Below, piece after piece: positions 10,770-21,868 of a DNA stretch of 64,000 nt; within the stretch, counting starts at the first letter, position 1; each line of letters begins with the position of its first letter. Source of the stretch: Candidatus Poribacteria bacterium (GTDB lineage Bacteria; Poribacteria; WGA-4E; WGA-3G); the NCBI GenBank assembly GCA_965197475.1, contig CBDANF010000003.1, forward strand, positions 1,888,001 to 1,952,000. Direction: 5' to 3'. Under the pieces are notes generated by a model that was given only the letters and a program-made list of their open reading frames with translations, made no database searches and had not been told where the DNA came from. Made by a program: the position numbers and the translations under genes.

Positions 10770-11335
10770 TGTGACTGCTTCCCACGCTAAAGCGTGAGGT
10801 TTCAACGTGCCGTGCTATTTCGGTTGGGTTCTTGGACAACTCTAAGGTTGCTTCCCGACTTTTGCGAAGTTTCGTCTGGCTTTTTCAGCGTCCAGAAACT
10901 TCATCGGGCGACACAACAGCAATATGTTGCGGGACCAGCCAACGTCCGACTACGGTATAAACAAATATTCTCACGGAATGGACCGATACTTTAGTGCTTT
11001 GGCGTTCTGTCTCTATCGCGGTTGTGTCCGTGTTGGTTTCCTCCACAATCTCTAAAATGCGATTTCAGAACTCATCACAAACAACTGGAGGATCATAACC
11101 TCCGACAACTCATAGGTCTGATTTGTGGTATTGTTGACTTTATCAACATCAACTCTGTCCAAGCAATTGGATTGGATAGGACATTAGCAAGGATGCTAAT
11201 GATTGCTTTCCTATCCAGTTGACATATATATTATACCATATATCTTGAATGAAATCAACGATTTTTAGGGAGACGTTAGCGGTGTTTCATCCCCGCCTTA
11301 AAAGGCGAGACTTTCACACCGAATATTTGGTAATA
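10770..11335 (-). mobile_element. Non-autonomous IS200/IS605-family relic
   Basis: Subterminal hairpins CCCACGCTAAAGCGTGAGG (about 10781-10799) and CCCCGCCTTAAAAGGCGAG (about 11291-11309) resemble IS200/IS605 ends; no intact transposase between them. Confidence 0.6.
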
Positions 11336-11569
11336 TCCTGACATAGATGATTATACCAATTCTGATAAATAAAACACCATTACGGAGATTTTATAACATT
11401 TTGAAACTCATCTCATCTCTTGCTGAATGTCCGAGGCGCAATGAATTGCGCGACTACGAACGCTAATTTGGTAATGAGAAGTTTTCGTTCAGAAATGGTA
11501 TTACATATAAAAACCGTCTTTCAATAATATGATTTATGGACCACCCGCAAATTATTTGAGTAAGAAATT

Positions 11570-14500
11570 TTAATTGGTGTCAGACACTTCGTTAATATGC
11601 AAATCTTCATAAGGTTTTCCATCAGTATCAGTAACTCGCAGATAAAATCCACAGGTCTTTTCCTCATTGCAAACCTTGACAAGAATGGTGTTTTTGCCTG
11701 CTTTGAGAGTAACAGGAATTATGTCTCTATCAAGACTGATACTTTTATCCTGAGTATTTGCGAATATCTCTATACCATTTAGCCATATTTTACCTTGGTC
11801 GTCACTGTCAAAACGGAATTGCACCTTCCGTTCATCAGGAGAGGTTACAGTTGCCCATGCATAGGAAACACGCCAATTAGTGTCACTACCGAAATCAATG
11901 AAACCATTGAAAGTATCATCAGACAATTTTTTCCAACTTATCTGTTCATTCACACCTTCATATTGTCCAGTTAGGTCTATCTGCGTTGTGTCTTCGAGGA
12001 TGTATTCCGTATTGAATCCGACTCCTCCTGTGTTGTCAAATGGTCCGAGAGTTAGCCAAGCATTCTCAGCAATCATACCAGTTTGTTGCATCTGTTCCAT
12101 TGCTTTATCGTACATGTTGTTTTTACTATAATATTCAGCTAAACCGAGTTTGACAATTATTCGGTTAACATTTATCCGAAAACCTGAATATGTTGGTGGA
12201 ATGGAATTTGCCAACGTATCAAGCATTTTATAATAACGTCCTTTGTCGTTAACCCTATTTCCTGCGTCAGTGATTTTTCCCCAGAAATTATCAAATGAAT
12301 ACTCACTGGAAATGACACTGAAGGTATGTTTGTATAGTTTAAGTGCCTCATCATAAAGCCCATTGGCGATACATGCACGTCCAAGCATTTCAGGGAAGCC
12401 AGGGTCTGAATAACTATTTTTTATATATGCGCGTTTCGCTAATTTTAGTGCTGTTTCTGGAAAAAGTTCTTTATCAAGGAGCTCGTTAACAAAATAAAGA
12501 TATTGGTATGTACTCTGTTGTCTATTGAGAGCTTTCTGCCGAATTTGCAACCATTTGGCGTAAGCAATTTCAGCTTTGTCAGTATCACCTACTTTTTTAT
12601 AGAAGTCACCTAAAAGTTTGTGCAGGACAGCACTTTCATCCATTGTCGGTTTGATCTCTTCAAGGAAAGCGATGCGTTTGTTTTCTTGCCCTTCGTCAGC
12701 ATAAAGTGCGGAAATAGCACGCATTGCCGAATCGTGTTCACTCTGTTTAAGGGGCGCGTCCAACGCTTGACGATACGCCGCCTCCGCTTGTGAAGGCTGC
12801 ACGGCTTTTATATAGGTTTTTGCCAATAGGTCGTAGAGTTGGTATGAAGAAGGTTTAAGCTCAACCGCTATTTCGTAAGCCGATATCGACTTCGCTAAAT
12901 GTTCAGATTTCAAACTCTCAAAAATTGGACGGGTGTAAGGTTCAAGTTTGGCATTTCCGATGAGATTGCCATTGTTTTTGTTAGGCGAAGTATCAACGAT
13001 TTTGCCTTCCGTTTCTTCGTCAAATTTCCAATATCCGACTAAACCGGGTTCATCTCCATTCAACTGCTTGTTCATATCGGCACTTATCTCATCTTCAGTG
13101 CGTGCGATATTCCAGATACGCACCTCATCAATTTGTCCGATAAAAGAGGTGGTTTGCACCTGGTCTTTGATATGAGTAACTCCTATACGCAGTGGAAGAC
13201 GACATTTAACGAAACGATCTTTTCCATTATAGTGTCTATGACCAAATTCATGCCCATTAACGAAAATCTTCATGTAATCCTTCTTCGCATCGATGACACC
13301 GGCAATGTGAGTCCATGTGTTTAATTTTATGAGACCCGGCGGAGAATAAAGGGATGCATACCCTCCATCTTCAGGTGACGAAGAAATTTTGAGTTTCCCA
13401 TCCGACCTAATAACAAGGATGTAACTTCGTTGCCTATAATTTTGTTTTTGCTCATCACTTCTGAAGACAATACGTACATAATTATTTGGGAAACTGGTTG
13501 GTTTTATCCAAGCAGACACCGTCACTTGATCCGTAATGTTGTTTAGAGACTCGCTGTCACCGATTTCAACGAAACTCCCATTTCCACTAAGTGTAAGCGC
13601 AGTGCCTTCAACTACTTCACCTGTTTCACGTCTCTCTGGCGGTATATTTTGATAGAGGTCACCAAGTTTTTTGTACCACTGCAAGTCTTCTGGCTCAAGT
13701 TCGGCGAGTCTTTCATATTGCGCAATCGCTTCTTTAATTTTGTCGGTGGCTTCGTAACTTTCGGCAAGTTTCAAGATGGGTTTGGGATCGTTAGGATTCT
13801 CCTCAACCTTCTTCAATTGTTCTGGTATCCACTTTTCATAAAGTTTTCCGACTTTGGCGATTTTCTTCATTTCAGTTTTTGCTCTTCCTCGCTCGTAGTT
13901 ATCGTCAGCAACGTTTGCCATCTGCTGATATGCCGTAAAAGCCTCTTCATAGCGTTTTGCGCCGTGGTAACTTTTCGCAAGAATCGCATAAAAATACTCC
14001 AATCCCCAACTGTTATCTTTACTCTCCTTTTTAGTGACAGCGTTATCAGCGAGTTTAATAGCCGGGTCATACATTTCACTTTCAAGACAGATTGTGGCAA
14101 TTGCCCCGAGGAATGACGAGTCTCGTTTAAATTTGCTGGATGCAAGTGCTGTATCGGCTTCGTTCAATACCGCTTTCACCATGTCAGACTGGTTACTTTT
14201 ATGGAAGGCAGCAGCAGCATAGTAAAAGCTGCGAATATTGCTCGGTTCTGCTTTGCTAAGCATGCGGTATGCTTCAGCAGCTTTTTGATAATCGCTGGCT
14301 TCCCAATAAATCTCAGCGAGTATTTCAATGATAGCAGGATTGTCAGCATCTTTTTCAAGTTTACCTTCAAAAAGGGTTCTCAATACCTCAAGTTCTCCTT
14401 GACTTTTATAGGCATTTATCAAAGTTTTACGTGTGTCATCGCTACCGAAATCGAATGTAATACCGGATGAACCGAAAGACGTTGAGACGTGTTCTGATCT

Positions 14501-15427
14501 GGATTGCTTTGATGCTTCAGCCACGTAGGATTCTAATACTAAGTCTCTCCTGCCTTGTTTGATGTGAACCGCGATCAATTCTTCAGCCACAAAATTTCGC
14601 TCATAAGGATCAGGGGCCATTTCGAGTGCTTTCTTAAAGGCATCAGCAGATTTTTTCAATTCGCTAGTATTGAGAAAGTGTCGTGCACGTTCTTTTTGCA
14701 TCTCGAATGTGATTGTGCCATCATCTGCAGCCTTTTGTAACATCTCTTCTAAATTCCCCTGATAACGATAGAGGTTGACCAATTGCTGTTCAATACTTTG
14801 CCGATCCCATTCTGATGTGGTGTGTAGAATGGCGTTCTTCAATGCTTTTTCAGCACCATCTATGTCCTCATTGACAAAATAAAATTCTGTGAGTTTGAGA
14901 TACGTTTGTTCATCGCCGTATGCTAATTCAATTGCTTTTTCATAGTTAGCGATGGCGGCATTTACGTTATCTTCGTCGGCATAAAGTTTGGCGAGCCGTG
15001 CGTAATGGACACCAACTTCCGGCTGCGTTTGGGTATATGCTTGCGCGAGTTCGAATGCCTCGTTACGTTTGCCGGCAGCTTGTAAACTATTAACGAGTTT
15101 ATCTTGATACTTAATGTTTTCTGGGTCAGTTTCAAGTAGTTCGCTCCAGATTTGAGAAGCTTTTTCGTGCTGATTTATGCGTGAGTAGAGTGTTGCAAGT
15201 CGCACACGATATTCAAAATCTTCAGGTAGTGCTTTGACAATTCGTTCGTAGATTTCTATTGCTTTCTCTATTTGGTTTTGCTTCACGAATTCCTCTGCTT
15301 TTTTGACGAATTCTTGTACCATCACACGCTTTTCTTCGGTGTTTTGGGCTTTAAGTCCTGCCATGAAAGTACCCACTGTGATTAACATTAAAATGACTAA
15401 GAAGAAATACAATTTTGATCGTGACAT
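11570..15427 (-). CDS. Secreted TPR-LamG-TPR protein with a C-terminal jelly-roll/GH2-N-like domain
   Basis: Paralog of 6924-10157; start set at MSRSKL (15427) by alignment; C-terminal WLTLGPF...SDDQGKIWLNG...LKAGKNTILVKV. Confidence 0.88.
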   Translation of the reverse strand: MSRSKLYFFLVILMLITVGTFMAGLKAQNTEEKRVMVQEFVKKAEEFVKQNQIEKAIEIYERIVKALPEDFEYRVRLATLYSRINQHEKASQIWSELLETDPENIKYQDKLVNSLQAAGKRNEAFELAQAYTQTQPEVGVHYARLAKLYADEDNVNAAIANYEKAIELAYGDEQTYLKLTEFYFVNEDIDGAEKALKNAILHTTSEWDRQSIEQQLVNLYRYQGNLEEMLQKAADDGTITFEMQKERARHFLNTSELKKSADAFKKALEMAPDPYERNFVAEELIAVHIKQGRRDLVLESYVAEASKQSRSEHVSTSFGSSGITFDFGSDDTRKTLINAYKSQGELEVLRTLFEGKLEKDADNPAIIEILAEIYWEASDYQKAAEAYRMLSKAEPSNIRSFYYAAAAFHKSNQSDMVKAVLNEADTALASSKFKRDSSFLGAIATICLESEMYDPAIKLADNAVTKKESKDNSWGLEYFYAILAKSYHGAKRYEEAFTAYQQMANVADDNYERGRAKTEMKKIAKVGKLYEKWIPEQLKKVEENPNDPKPILKLAESYEATDKIKEAIAQYERLAELEPEDLQWYKKLGDLYQNIPPERRETGEVVEGTALTLSGNGSFVEIGDSESLNNITDQVTVSAWIKPTSFPNNYVRIVFRSDEQKQNYRQRSYILVIRSDGKLKISSSPEDGGYASLYSPPGLIKLNTWTHIAGVIDAKKDYMKIFVNGHEFGHRHYNGKDRFVKCRLPLRIGVTHIKDQVQTTSFIGQIDEVRIWNIARTEDEISADMNKQLNGDEPGLVGYWKFDEETEGKIVDTSPNKNNGNLIGNAKLEPYTRPIFESLKSEHLAKSISAYEIAVELKPSSYQLYDLLAKTYIKAVQPSQAEAAYRQALDAPLKQSEHDSAMRAISALYADEGQENKRIAFLEEIKPTMDESAVLHKLLGDFYKKVGDTDKAEIAYAKWLQIRQKALNRQQSTYQYLYFVNELLDKELFPETALKLAKRAYIKNSYSDPGFPEMLGRACIANGLYDEALKLYKHTFSVISSEYSFDNFWGKITDAGNRVNDKGRYYKMLDTLANSIPPTYSGFRINVNRIIVKLGLAEYYSKNNMYDKAMEQMQQTGMIAENAWLTLGPFDNTGGVGFNTEYILEDTTQIDLTGQYEGVNEQISWKKLSDDTFNGFIDFGSDTNWRVSYAWATVTSPDERKVQFRFDSDDQGKIWLNGIEIFANTQDKSISLDRDIIPVTLKAGKNTILVKVCNEEKTCGFYLRVTDTDGKPYEDLHINEVSDTN

Positions 15428-15512
15428 TGAAATATACCGCCTATTAAGGTTATAGTTATATCTTTGATCTTTTCCACTACGTCTTTCGGTTTTCATTTTT
15501 CTGTCTGTTGTT

Positions 15513-17582
15513 CTATTTCTCGGCAGGGCCCTGTTCTTTCAGCTCTGATATTTGGTCTCGCAATGTCGCTGCCAGTTCAAAATCAAGTTCAACAGAAGCT
15601 TTGTTCATCTGCCGTGTTAAGTCTACAATTATTGTTTCAATATCTTCTATACCAGTGACTTTCTCAATGATGGAGACAGTTTTTTCGGTTTTTTCAGATT
15701 TTTTCGTTACATATTCCTCAGTTGATTCAGAGATGAGTTGCTCAATTGCTTTTTGAATTGTTGCAGGCGTGATGTTATTATCTTCATTGTATTTCACCTG
15801 TATATCACGGCGACGTTGTGTTTCTGCGATTGCATTTGCCATTGCATCGGTTATGGTATCGCCGTATAACAGGACTTCACCATCAACGTTACGCGCAGCA
15901 CGACCGGAAGTTTGCACTAATGAGGTAACAGATCGGAGGAAACCGGGACGATCAGCATCCAGAATTGCAACGAGTGAGACTTCTGGTAAATCAAGCCCCT
16001 CACGTAGTAGGTTTATACCGATGAGTACATCAAATTCACCTTCGCGGAGTTGTCGTAGGATACGCGCACGGTCAAAAACATCAATTTCAGAATGCATGTA
16101 GTTCGCGCGGAGACCTGCCTCAATGAAATATTCGCTTAAATCCTCTGCCATCCGTTTTGTGAGAGTTGTGACAAGAACTCGCTGCTTCTGCTGAACCCGT
16201 TCTCTGATTTTACCTATAAGATGGTCAATTTGTCCACGCACTGGATGGACACTAATTTGAGGGTCAATTAATCCGGTAGGACGAATGATCTGCTCGACGA
16301 TTTGTCCTCCTTTTTTCTCTGCTATCTCATATTTGCCGGGTGTAGCCGAAACAAATATTACTTGTCTTAGGTAAGCCTCTACTTCCTCAAATTGTAGCGG
16401 GCGATTGTCTAATGCTGACAGCAAACGGAATCCGTAATCAACGAGTGTTAGTTTTCTCGTTCTGTCCCCTCGGTACATCCCTTTCAATTGTGGGATTGTC
16501 ACATGTGATTCATCAATGAATAGGAAAAAATCCTCTGGAAAGTAGTTAAGAAGGCAGTATGGGGGTTCGCCAGGCTGTAATCCGGATAGATGTCGAGAAT
16601 AGTTTTCAATTCCTGAGCAATATCCTACCTCGCGTAGCATCTCCAAATCAAAGCGAGTTCGTTGTTCAATACGTTGTGCTTCCAGCAATTTGTTTTCTTT
16701 CTCGTATGTGGCAATCCGTTCATGGAGTTCAAGTTCAATGTTTATGAGAGCTTCTTCAAAGATGTCGGCATCTGTCATAAAATGTTTTGCAGGGTAGATT
16801 TCAAGTGTGTCTTGTTTACTCAGTATTTCACCGGTAGTTGTGTCAATTTCACAAATTCTATCAACCTCATCTCCAAAAAGCTCAATACGGAATGCGCTTT
16901 CGCTATATGCTGGAAATACTTCAACCACATCACCTCGAACACGGAACGTGCCTTGCCAAAAATCGACATCGTTGCGGACATACTGAATATCCACCAAGGA
17001 GCGTAGGAATTCATCACGACGGATAGTTTTTCCAATTTCTAAATCAACTTTCTGACCTTCAAATTCGCGGGGTGATCCAAGACCGTAGAGGCATGAAACA
17101 CTGGCAACAATGATAACGTCACGCCGTGACATTAAGGAAGCAGTTGACGCAAGCCGCATCCGCGTGATTTCCTCGTTTATCCGTACATCTTTCTCAATAA
17201 AAGTGTCCGTTGAGGGAATATATGCCTCTGGTTGGTAGTATTCGTAATCGCTCACGAAATAATGCACGGCGTTGTTCGGGAAAAAGGATTTGAACTCACT
17301 GTAGAGTTGTGCGGAAAGAGTTTTATTTGGAGAGATTACGAGCGTTGGGCGTTGGATATTTTGAATCACGTTTGCCATCGTATAAGTCTTACCTGAGCCA
17401 GTAACGCCCAATAGCGTTTGTGCTCTATCGCCGCGTAGGATTCCGTTAGTCAATTTGTCAATTGCTTGCGGTTGATCTCCCTGCGGGTCGAAATCCGAGA
17501 CCAGCTGAAATGGTTTTGATGGTGTTCCTGGGTCTACATTGATAGGAGAAATTGATGGTCGCGCGTCGAAATGCTCTCTCAT
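15513..17582 (-). CDS. uvrB: Excinuclease ABC subunit B
   Basis: LLGVTGSGKT, YYQPEAY, IDESH, INLLREGLD, GRAARN, C-terminal UVR coil. Confidence 0.98.
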   Translation of the reverse strand: MREHFDARPSISPINVDPGTPSKPFQLVSDFDPQGDQPQAIDKLTNGILRGDRAQTLLGVTGSGKTYTMANVIQNIQRPTLVISPNKTLSAQLYSEFKSFFPNNAVHYFVSDYEYYQPEAYIPSTDTFIEKDVRINEEITRMRLASTASLMSRRDVIIVASVSCLYGLGSPREFEGQKVDLEIGKTIRRDEFLRSLVDIQYVRNDVDFWQGTFRVRGDVVEVFPAYSESAFRIELFGDEVDRICEIDTTTGEILSKQDTLEIYPAKHFMTDADIFEEALINIELELHERIATYEKENKLLEAQRIEQRTRFDLEMLREVGYCSGIENYSRHLSGLQPGEPPYCLLNYFPEDFFLFIDESHVTIPQLKGMYRGDRTRKLTLVDYGFRLLSALDNRPLQFEEVEAYLRQVIFVSATPGKYEIAEKKGGQIVEQIIRPTGLIDPQISVHPVRGQIDHLIGKIRERVQQKQRVLVTTLTKRMAEDLSEYFIEAGLRANYMHSEIDVFDRARILRQLREGEFDVLIGINLLREGLDLPEVSLVAILDADRPGFLRSVTSLVQTSGRAARNVDGEVLLYGDTITDAMANAIAETQRRRDIQVKYNEDNNITPATIQKAIEQLISESTEEYVTKKSEKTEKTVSIIEKVTGIEDIETIIVDLTRQMNKASVELDFELAATLRDQISELKEQGPAEK

Positions 17583-17803
17583 TTCTGCTCCTTAAAGTCC
17601 AATGTTAGTGAATAGTCGTTTTCATGTTTGTATCTAACTGCTTTGAGATTGTGCCTTTTAGTATAGCACGTTTTTCTTAAAATTTGTAGGGAGAGAGTCT
17701 ATTTAGGGTGTGTAAATATTTGTCAGTTGGCGTAAAAGTAAAGTGTTCGGTTTAACTTTATTCAACCCAACTATAAACTAAAATGCAGGAAGGCATTGCC
17801 ACA

Positions 17804-20344
17804 CTAATGCTGATCGCAAATTCTTGTAGGTGCCTGTCCCTTACTAAAAGGTTCGTTGCTAATGTTTTCATCAGGACATTTGTCTTTATTTCTTAGTAGA
17901 CCTGTCATTTTATCAATTTCCCAGAATTCAATTTCTTCTGGCACAAGGAATTCCTTTTCTGGGCCGCGGGCTGCTTCATCTATAAAGCGCGCCCAGATTG
18001 GCAGCGCAGCCCATGCTCCTTGCTGGTTATAGTTTTTCAGCTTGCGCCCCTGTCTATCAAGTCCGACCCAAACGCCAACAATCAAGTCCGTGGTATACCC
18101 TACAAACCAAGCATCTACATTTTTGTTGGTGGTGCCTGTTTTACCAGCTATTGGTCGAGTTATTTTATAATCATGATTTATTGATATAGCACGATGTCCC
18201 GTTCCTTGTTTAATAACGCTTTCCAAAAACGAAGTAATCTGGTACGCAACCTTTTCATCTATTACACGGGTTCGGTCTGGCTGATAGTCTCTAGATGGGT
18301 AGATCGGCGATCCATTTTGATCGGTTATATACTCAATGTAACTTGGTTCTACTTTAATACCGCGATTGGCGAATATCCCATAAGCAGAAGTTAATTCAAG
18401 TGTCGTCATACCAAAAGCACCCAAGGTGAGTGCTGGTTTTGCTGGATCCATAGATGTTGAAATACCCATCTTTTTGGCAAGTTCCACGGTCCTAACTATC
18501 CCCTCCTTATAACCGTTCTTGGTTTCTGGTGTTTCCCAAGCTACTCTCGCAGTAGGAACGTTAATAGATTTAGCAAGTATTTGCCTTACTGTGACTGGTC
18601 CATAGTGCTTACCTTCAGTATAGTTGTCAGGTGCCCACCATTGCCCGGGTATATGCTCAATCTCCCAAGGTTCATCAACTATGATTGATGCTGGTTTTAT
18701 TAGGGCAGGTTCCTGCATAAGCGCAGCGAAGACAATCGGTTTAAATGCTGATCCCGGTTGTCGTTTTGATTTTCCTACTGCACGGTTTAGGAAATTGTGA
18801 TTTTTCATTGCCGCGATATGAGGATTCCTACCGTCAATACGATAGTCGCGTCCTCCTACCATCGCTTTTACATGTCCAGTCCGTGGTTGAAATGCAATGA
18901 GTGCTGCCTGCAAATAATTATTTTTGGGGTGAATGCCGTGTGGATTGTCTTTATTTGCTTCATAGTCTGGCAGGTGTGTCCCATATTTTCTATCCAAATA
19001 TCGTAAGTGATCTGCAACAGCATCCATCGCCACAGATTGCATCGACATATCTATTGTCGTGTAGACCTTCAGTCCTTCGTTATACAAAATATTTTTAAGT
19101 TCAGGCATACCTTCAAGTTGAGATGTTATATGTTCTAAAAAATGTCCTGCGGTATTCTGTTTCGCTTTCACAGAAGTATTTGATGGCTTTTGCACTTGTA
19201 TCGGTTGAGCCAGATTCTCATTATACTCTTTGAGATTAATAAATCCTTGATTGTACATAGCCCTGAGTACCACATTGCGGCGATACATAGAATTTTCAGG
19301 ATTTTTAACTGGTGAATAAAGAGTTGTACCTTTTGGAATACCTGCAAGTAAGGCACATTCATGGAATTCAAGTTCAGGCACCTCTTTTCCAAAAAATGCC
19401 ATAGCAGCCTTCTGAACTCCAAAAAGTTGCTGCGCCCCAAATCGTCCGAAGTCGATATAGTTGAGGTATGCTTCCAGAATTTGTGACTTTGATAACTGTT
19501 TCTCGATTCTGAAAGCAAGCAAGATTTCACGAGTTTTTCTGGCAGGAGTTCGTTCCGTTCCCAAGTATATATTCCGCGTTAGCTGCTGTGTCAGTGTGCT
19601 TGTTGCACCAATTCGGTCGCCGCCTCTAAGAGCATCCTTAATCGCCCCTACAAGTCGGATAATATCAATTCCGGAATGCTGATAAAATCGGCGGTCCTCA
19701 ATAGCAATAAACGCATCAACCAATTTTTTAGGCATTTCAACGAGGGGAATAATTTTGCGTGTTGTTCCGTCATCATCTCCGATAGGTCCGCTAGGTTCAG
19801 CGATTAGTTCCGGTTCAAGGTAAAAATTGCGAATTGCGTTTCCTTCTTCGGTGTGAATAGATTCAATTTTTCCGTTTTTTACAGAGAGACGAACGCGTTT
19901 TGCGTCCGTTTCTCCTTCCATAAATGGATATTCAAATTGCCGAAGAAAAATCCGAATTGTCCCACTCTGTTTATCTTTTTCTCCACTCAGTTGCAATAAA
20001 TATTGACCGGGAGAGTTAATGCCTTTCCTTCCTGGCATAATTTCTTCATAATCCAAGCGATGTGGTTGTAGTTTATCTATCAAAAAAACGGCAGTATCTT
20101 TGAGCTGCACTTCGCAAATTGATGAATATACCTCAAGATGCTGCCGCCAAGTTTGTGTATCTTTTTTATATTCTAAGTCTTCAAGATCAAGTGCTGCCAC
20201 ATCTTCCCAACACCCCAGCATAAACCCACCTGCAACACCGATACCGAAACAGATTACGAAAAATACAAGGATTATACCAGCGAAGATTAGGCTTAGAATC
20301 ACTTGGAAGGAATTAGACAAAAAGCGGCGCATTTTAGTCTCCAA
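17804..20344 (-). CDS. Class A penicillin-binding protein (transglycosylase/transpeptidase)
   Basis: EDRRFYQH, TQQL, QPGSAFK, SIN, KTGTT motifs; N-terminal membrane anchor. Confidence 0.95.
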   Translation of the reverse strand: METKMRRFLSNSFQVILSLIFAGIILVFFVICFGIGVAGGFMLGCWEDVAALDLEDLEYKKDTQTWRQHLEVYSSICEVQLKDTAVFLIDKLQPHRLDYEEIMPGRKGINSPGQYLLQLSGEKDKQSGTIRIFLRQFEYPFMEGETDAKRVRLSVKNGKIESIHTEEGNAIRNFYLEPELIAEPSGPIGDDDGTTRKIIPLVEMPKKLVDAFIAIEDRRFYQHSGIDIIRLVGAIKDALRGGDRIGATSTLTQQLTRNIYLGTERTPARKTREILLAFRIEKQLSKSQILEAYLNYIDFGRFGAQQLFGVQKAAMAFFGKEVPELEFHECALLAGIPKGTTLYSPVKNPENSMYRRNVVLRAMYNQGFINLKEYNENLAQPIQVQKPSNTSVKAKQNTAGHFLEHITSQLEGMPELKNILYNEGLKVYTTIDMSMQSVAMDAVADHLRYLDRKYGTHLPDYEANKDNPHGIHPKNNYLQAALIAFQPRTGHVKAMVGGRDYRIDGRNPHIAAMKNHNFLNRAVGKSKRQPGSAFKPIVFAALMQEPALIKPASIIVDEPWEIEHIPGQWWAPDNYTEGKHYGPVTVRQILAKSINVPTARVAWETPETKNGYKEGIVRTVELAKKMGISTSMDPAKPALTLGAFGMTTLELTSAYGIFANRGIKVEPSYIEYITDQNGSPIYPSRDYQPDRTRVIDEKVAYQITSFLESVIKQGTGHRAISINHDYKITRPIAGKTGTTNKNVDAWFVGYTTDLIVGVWVGLDRQGRKLKNYNQQGAWAALPIWARFIDEAARGPEKEFLVPEEIEFWEIDKMTGLLRNKDKCPDENISNEPFSKGQAPTRICDQH

Positions 20345-20388
20345 TGTGTATTATTTGAAGGTAAGATAAAACTTTTCTAACTTCTGCC

Positions 20389-21009
20389 CTAAGGCGTTCG
20401 ATCTAAATCTGCTTTTCTGACCCGTTTAATTAAGCACCCGATAGCACGCGTTTTTTTCTGTTTATCTGGAATAGTCTTTCCCTCTAATATCAGATTCAAC
20501 ACATTCCGGAGATAATGGTTTTCAGGTGTCTTCCGACTATCGTCAATTGCGCCTCTATAACGAAGTGTGTTTTCCGCATCTATAACAAATACCTCTGGTG
20601 TTCTACGTGCTTGAAAATAGTCTGCGATTTCGTTATCTGGGTCCTTAAGAATAGGAAATTCAAAGTTGTGTTTCTCGCGATACTTTTTAATTTCTTCAAT
20701 CGTCTCATGCTTATTGGAATGGATGCCGACAAACTTCACATCTTTCTCCTTGTAATCCTTAAACAGAGCAACGATGCGCTCAACATAATCATCTACCACA
20801 GGACATTGAGTTGCGAGAAATATCAGCACAACCGCTTTTTTCTCCTCACTGAGTTTCTTCAGAGAGTGAGGTTTATTTTCCGTGTCTTTGAGGTTCCAGT
20901 CCTTGACCTTTTCATCAATTTTGACAGGATTTTCTATATCCTTTTCTGCTGCTATCGCGAAAGAGACGAGAGCAAGTATGAGCCCAAAACTTGCGATGAA
21001 TTTCCGCAT
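20389..21009 (-). CDS. Secreted redoxin (AhpC/TSA-like thioredoxin fold)
   Basis: Signal peptide; FLATQCP, TPEVFV, YRGAIDD, GCLIK. Confidence 0.88.
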   Translation of the reverse strand: MRKFIASFGLILALVSFAIAAEKDIENPVKIDEKVKDWNLKDTENKPHSLKKLSEEKKAVVLIFLATQCPVVDDYVERIVALFKDYKEKDVKFVGIHSNKHETIEEIKKYREKHNFEFPILKDPDNEIADYFQARRTPEVFVIDAENTLRYRGAIDDSRKTPENHYLRNVLNLILEGKTIPDKQKKTRAIGCLIKRVRKADLDRTP

Positions 21010-21082
21010 TTTCGTGTCTCCTTTATGTTAAAACGATGCAAACCTAATTTCGTTTATAATCCATCCATTTCGGAATATTCGA

Positions 21083-21835
21083 TTAGGATTTTACGGATGA
21101 TAAAAAATCGGTCAATTCGTGTAAATGGAAGAGTTGAACATCTACAACAGATAGGTCTGGACACGTTTTTGTCTGATCTCCGACCATCCATGCAGTCCAC
21201 ATTCCTACGTTCTTTGCACCGACCATATCTGCTTTATAACTATCGCCTACATAGATAGCTTCGGCGGGGGCAACACTCAATTCCGATAAAGCGGCTTCAA
21301 AAATGCGTGGATCGGGCTTTGCTACGCCGAACACAGTAGAATCAATAATTACTTCAAGCAACGGGGAAACTTGATATTCATTACACCATCCGCGAGTATT
21401 GCCAAAGTTGTTACTAATTACCCCAAGTTTATAGCTGCCGTGAAGCGTTTCAAGCCATCTACGATTTTCTGTAAGACTTTCCGAAACCCCATTACAGAAC
21501 CACTCGACATATTTATTTTTTAATTGCTCGCTTAAGTTAAGTCGTTTAAAAATGCCCGCAGCGATTGCATCAGCAGTTTCTCGCAAAGTGCAGCTCGCTG
21601 CCTCACTATCGGTCGCGGTTGCTCCAACAGGAAGCATTGAACCCTCTTGGTAAGACCATTCAACGGAAGCATCACCAAGTGCAAATTCTGTTACTGCCGC
21701 TTTATCTGCTACATCAAATTCTTCACGAGTGATTTCAGGATGATGTTTATGAATAAACTGGTATGCTCGTTCTAACCAGTGGATGCCGTTTCCATCTAAA
21801 GTGCCGCCAAAGTCAAAGATTAATGCACGGATCAT
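21083..21835 (-). CDS. HAD-superfamily hydrolase
   Basis: FDFGGTL, KPDPRIF, YVGDS...D. Confidence 0.9.
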   Translation of the reverse strand: MIRALIFDFGGTLDGNGIHWLERAYQFIHKHHPEITREEFDVADKAAVTEFALGDASVEWSYQEGSMLPVGATATDSEAASCTLRETADAIAAGIFKRLNLSEQLKNKYVEWFCNGVSESLTENRRWLETLHGSYKLGVISNNFGNTRGWCNEYQVSPLLEVIIDSTVFGVAKPDPRIFEAALSELSVAPAEAIYVGDSYKADMVGAKNVGMWTAWMVGDQTKTCPDLSVVDVQLFHLHELTDFLSSVKS

Positions 21836-21868
21836 CTTAATTTGTTATTCCTTCTTTGAAGTTTATGT

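Noticed and set aside
20515-21258. 247-aa plus-strand ORF and similar antisense ORFs (e.g. 44557-45021)
   Set aside because: Shadows of better-supported opposite-strand genes, with no recognisable motifs
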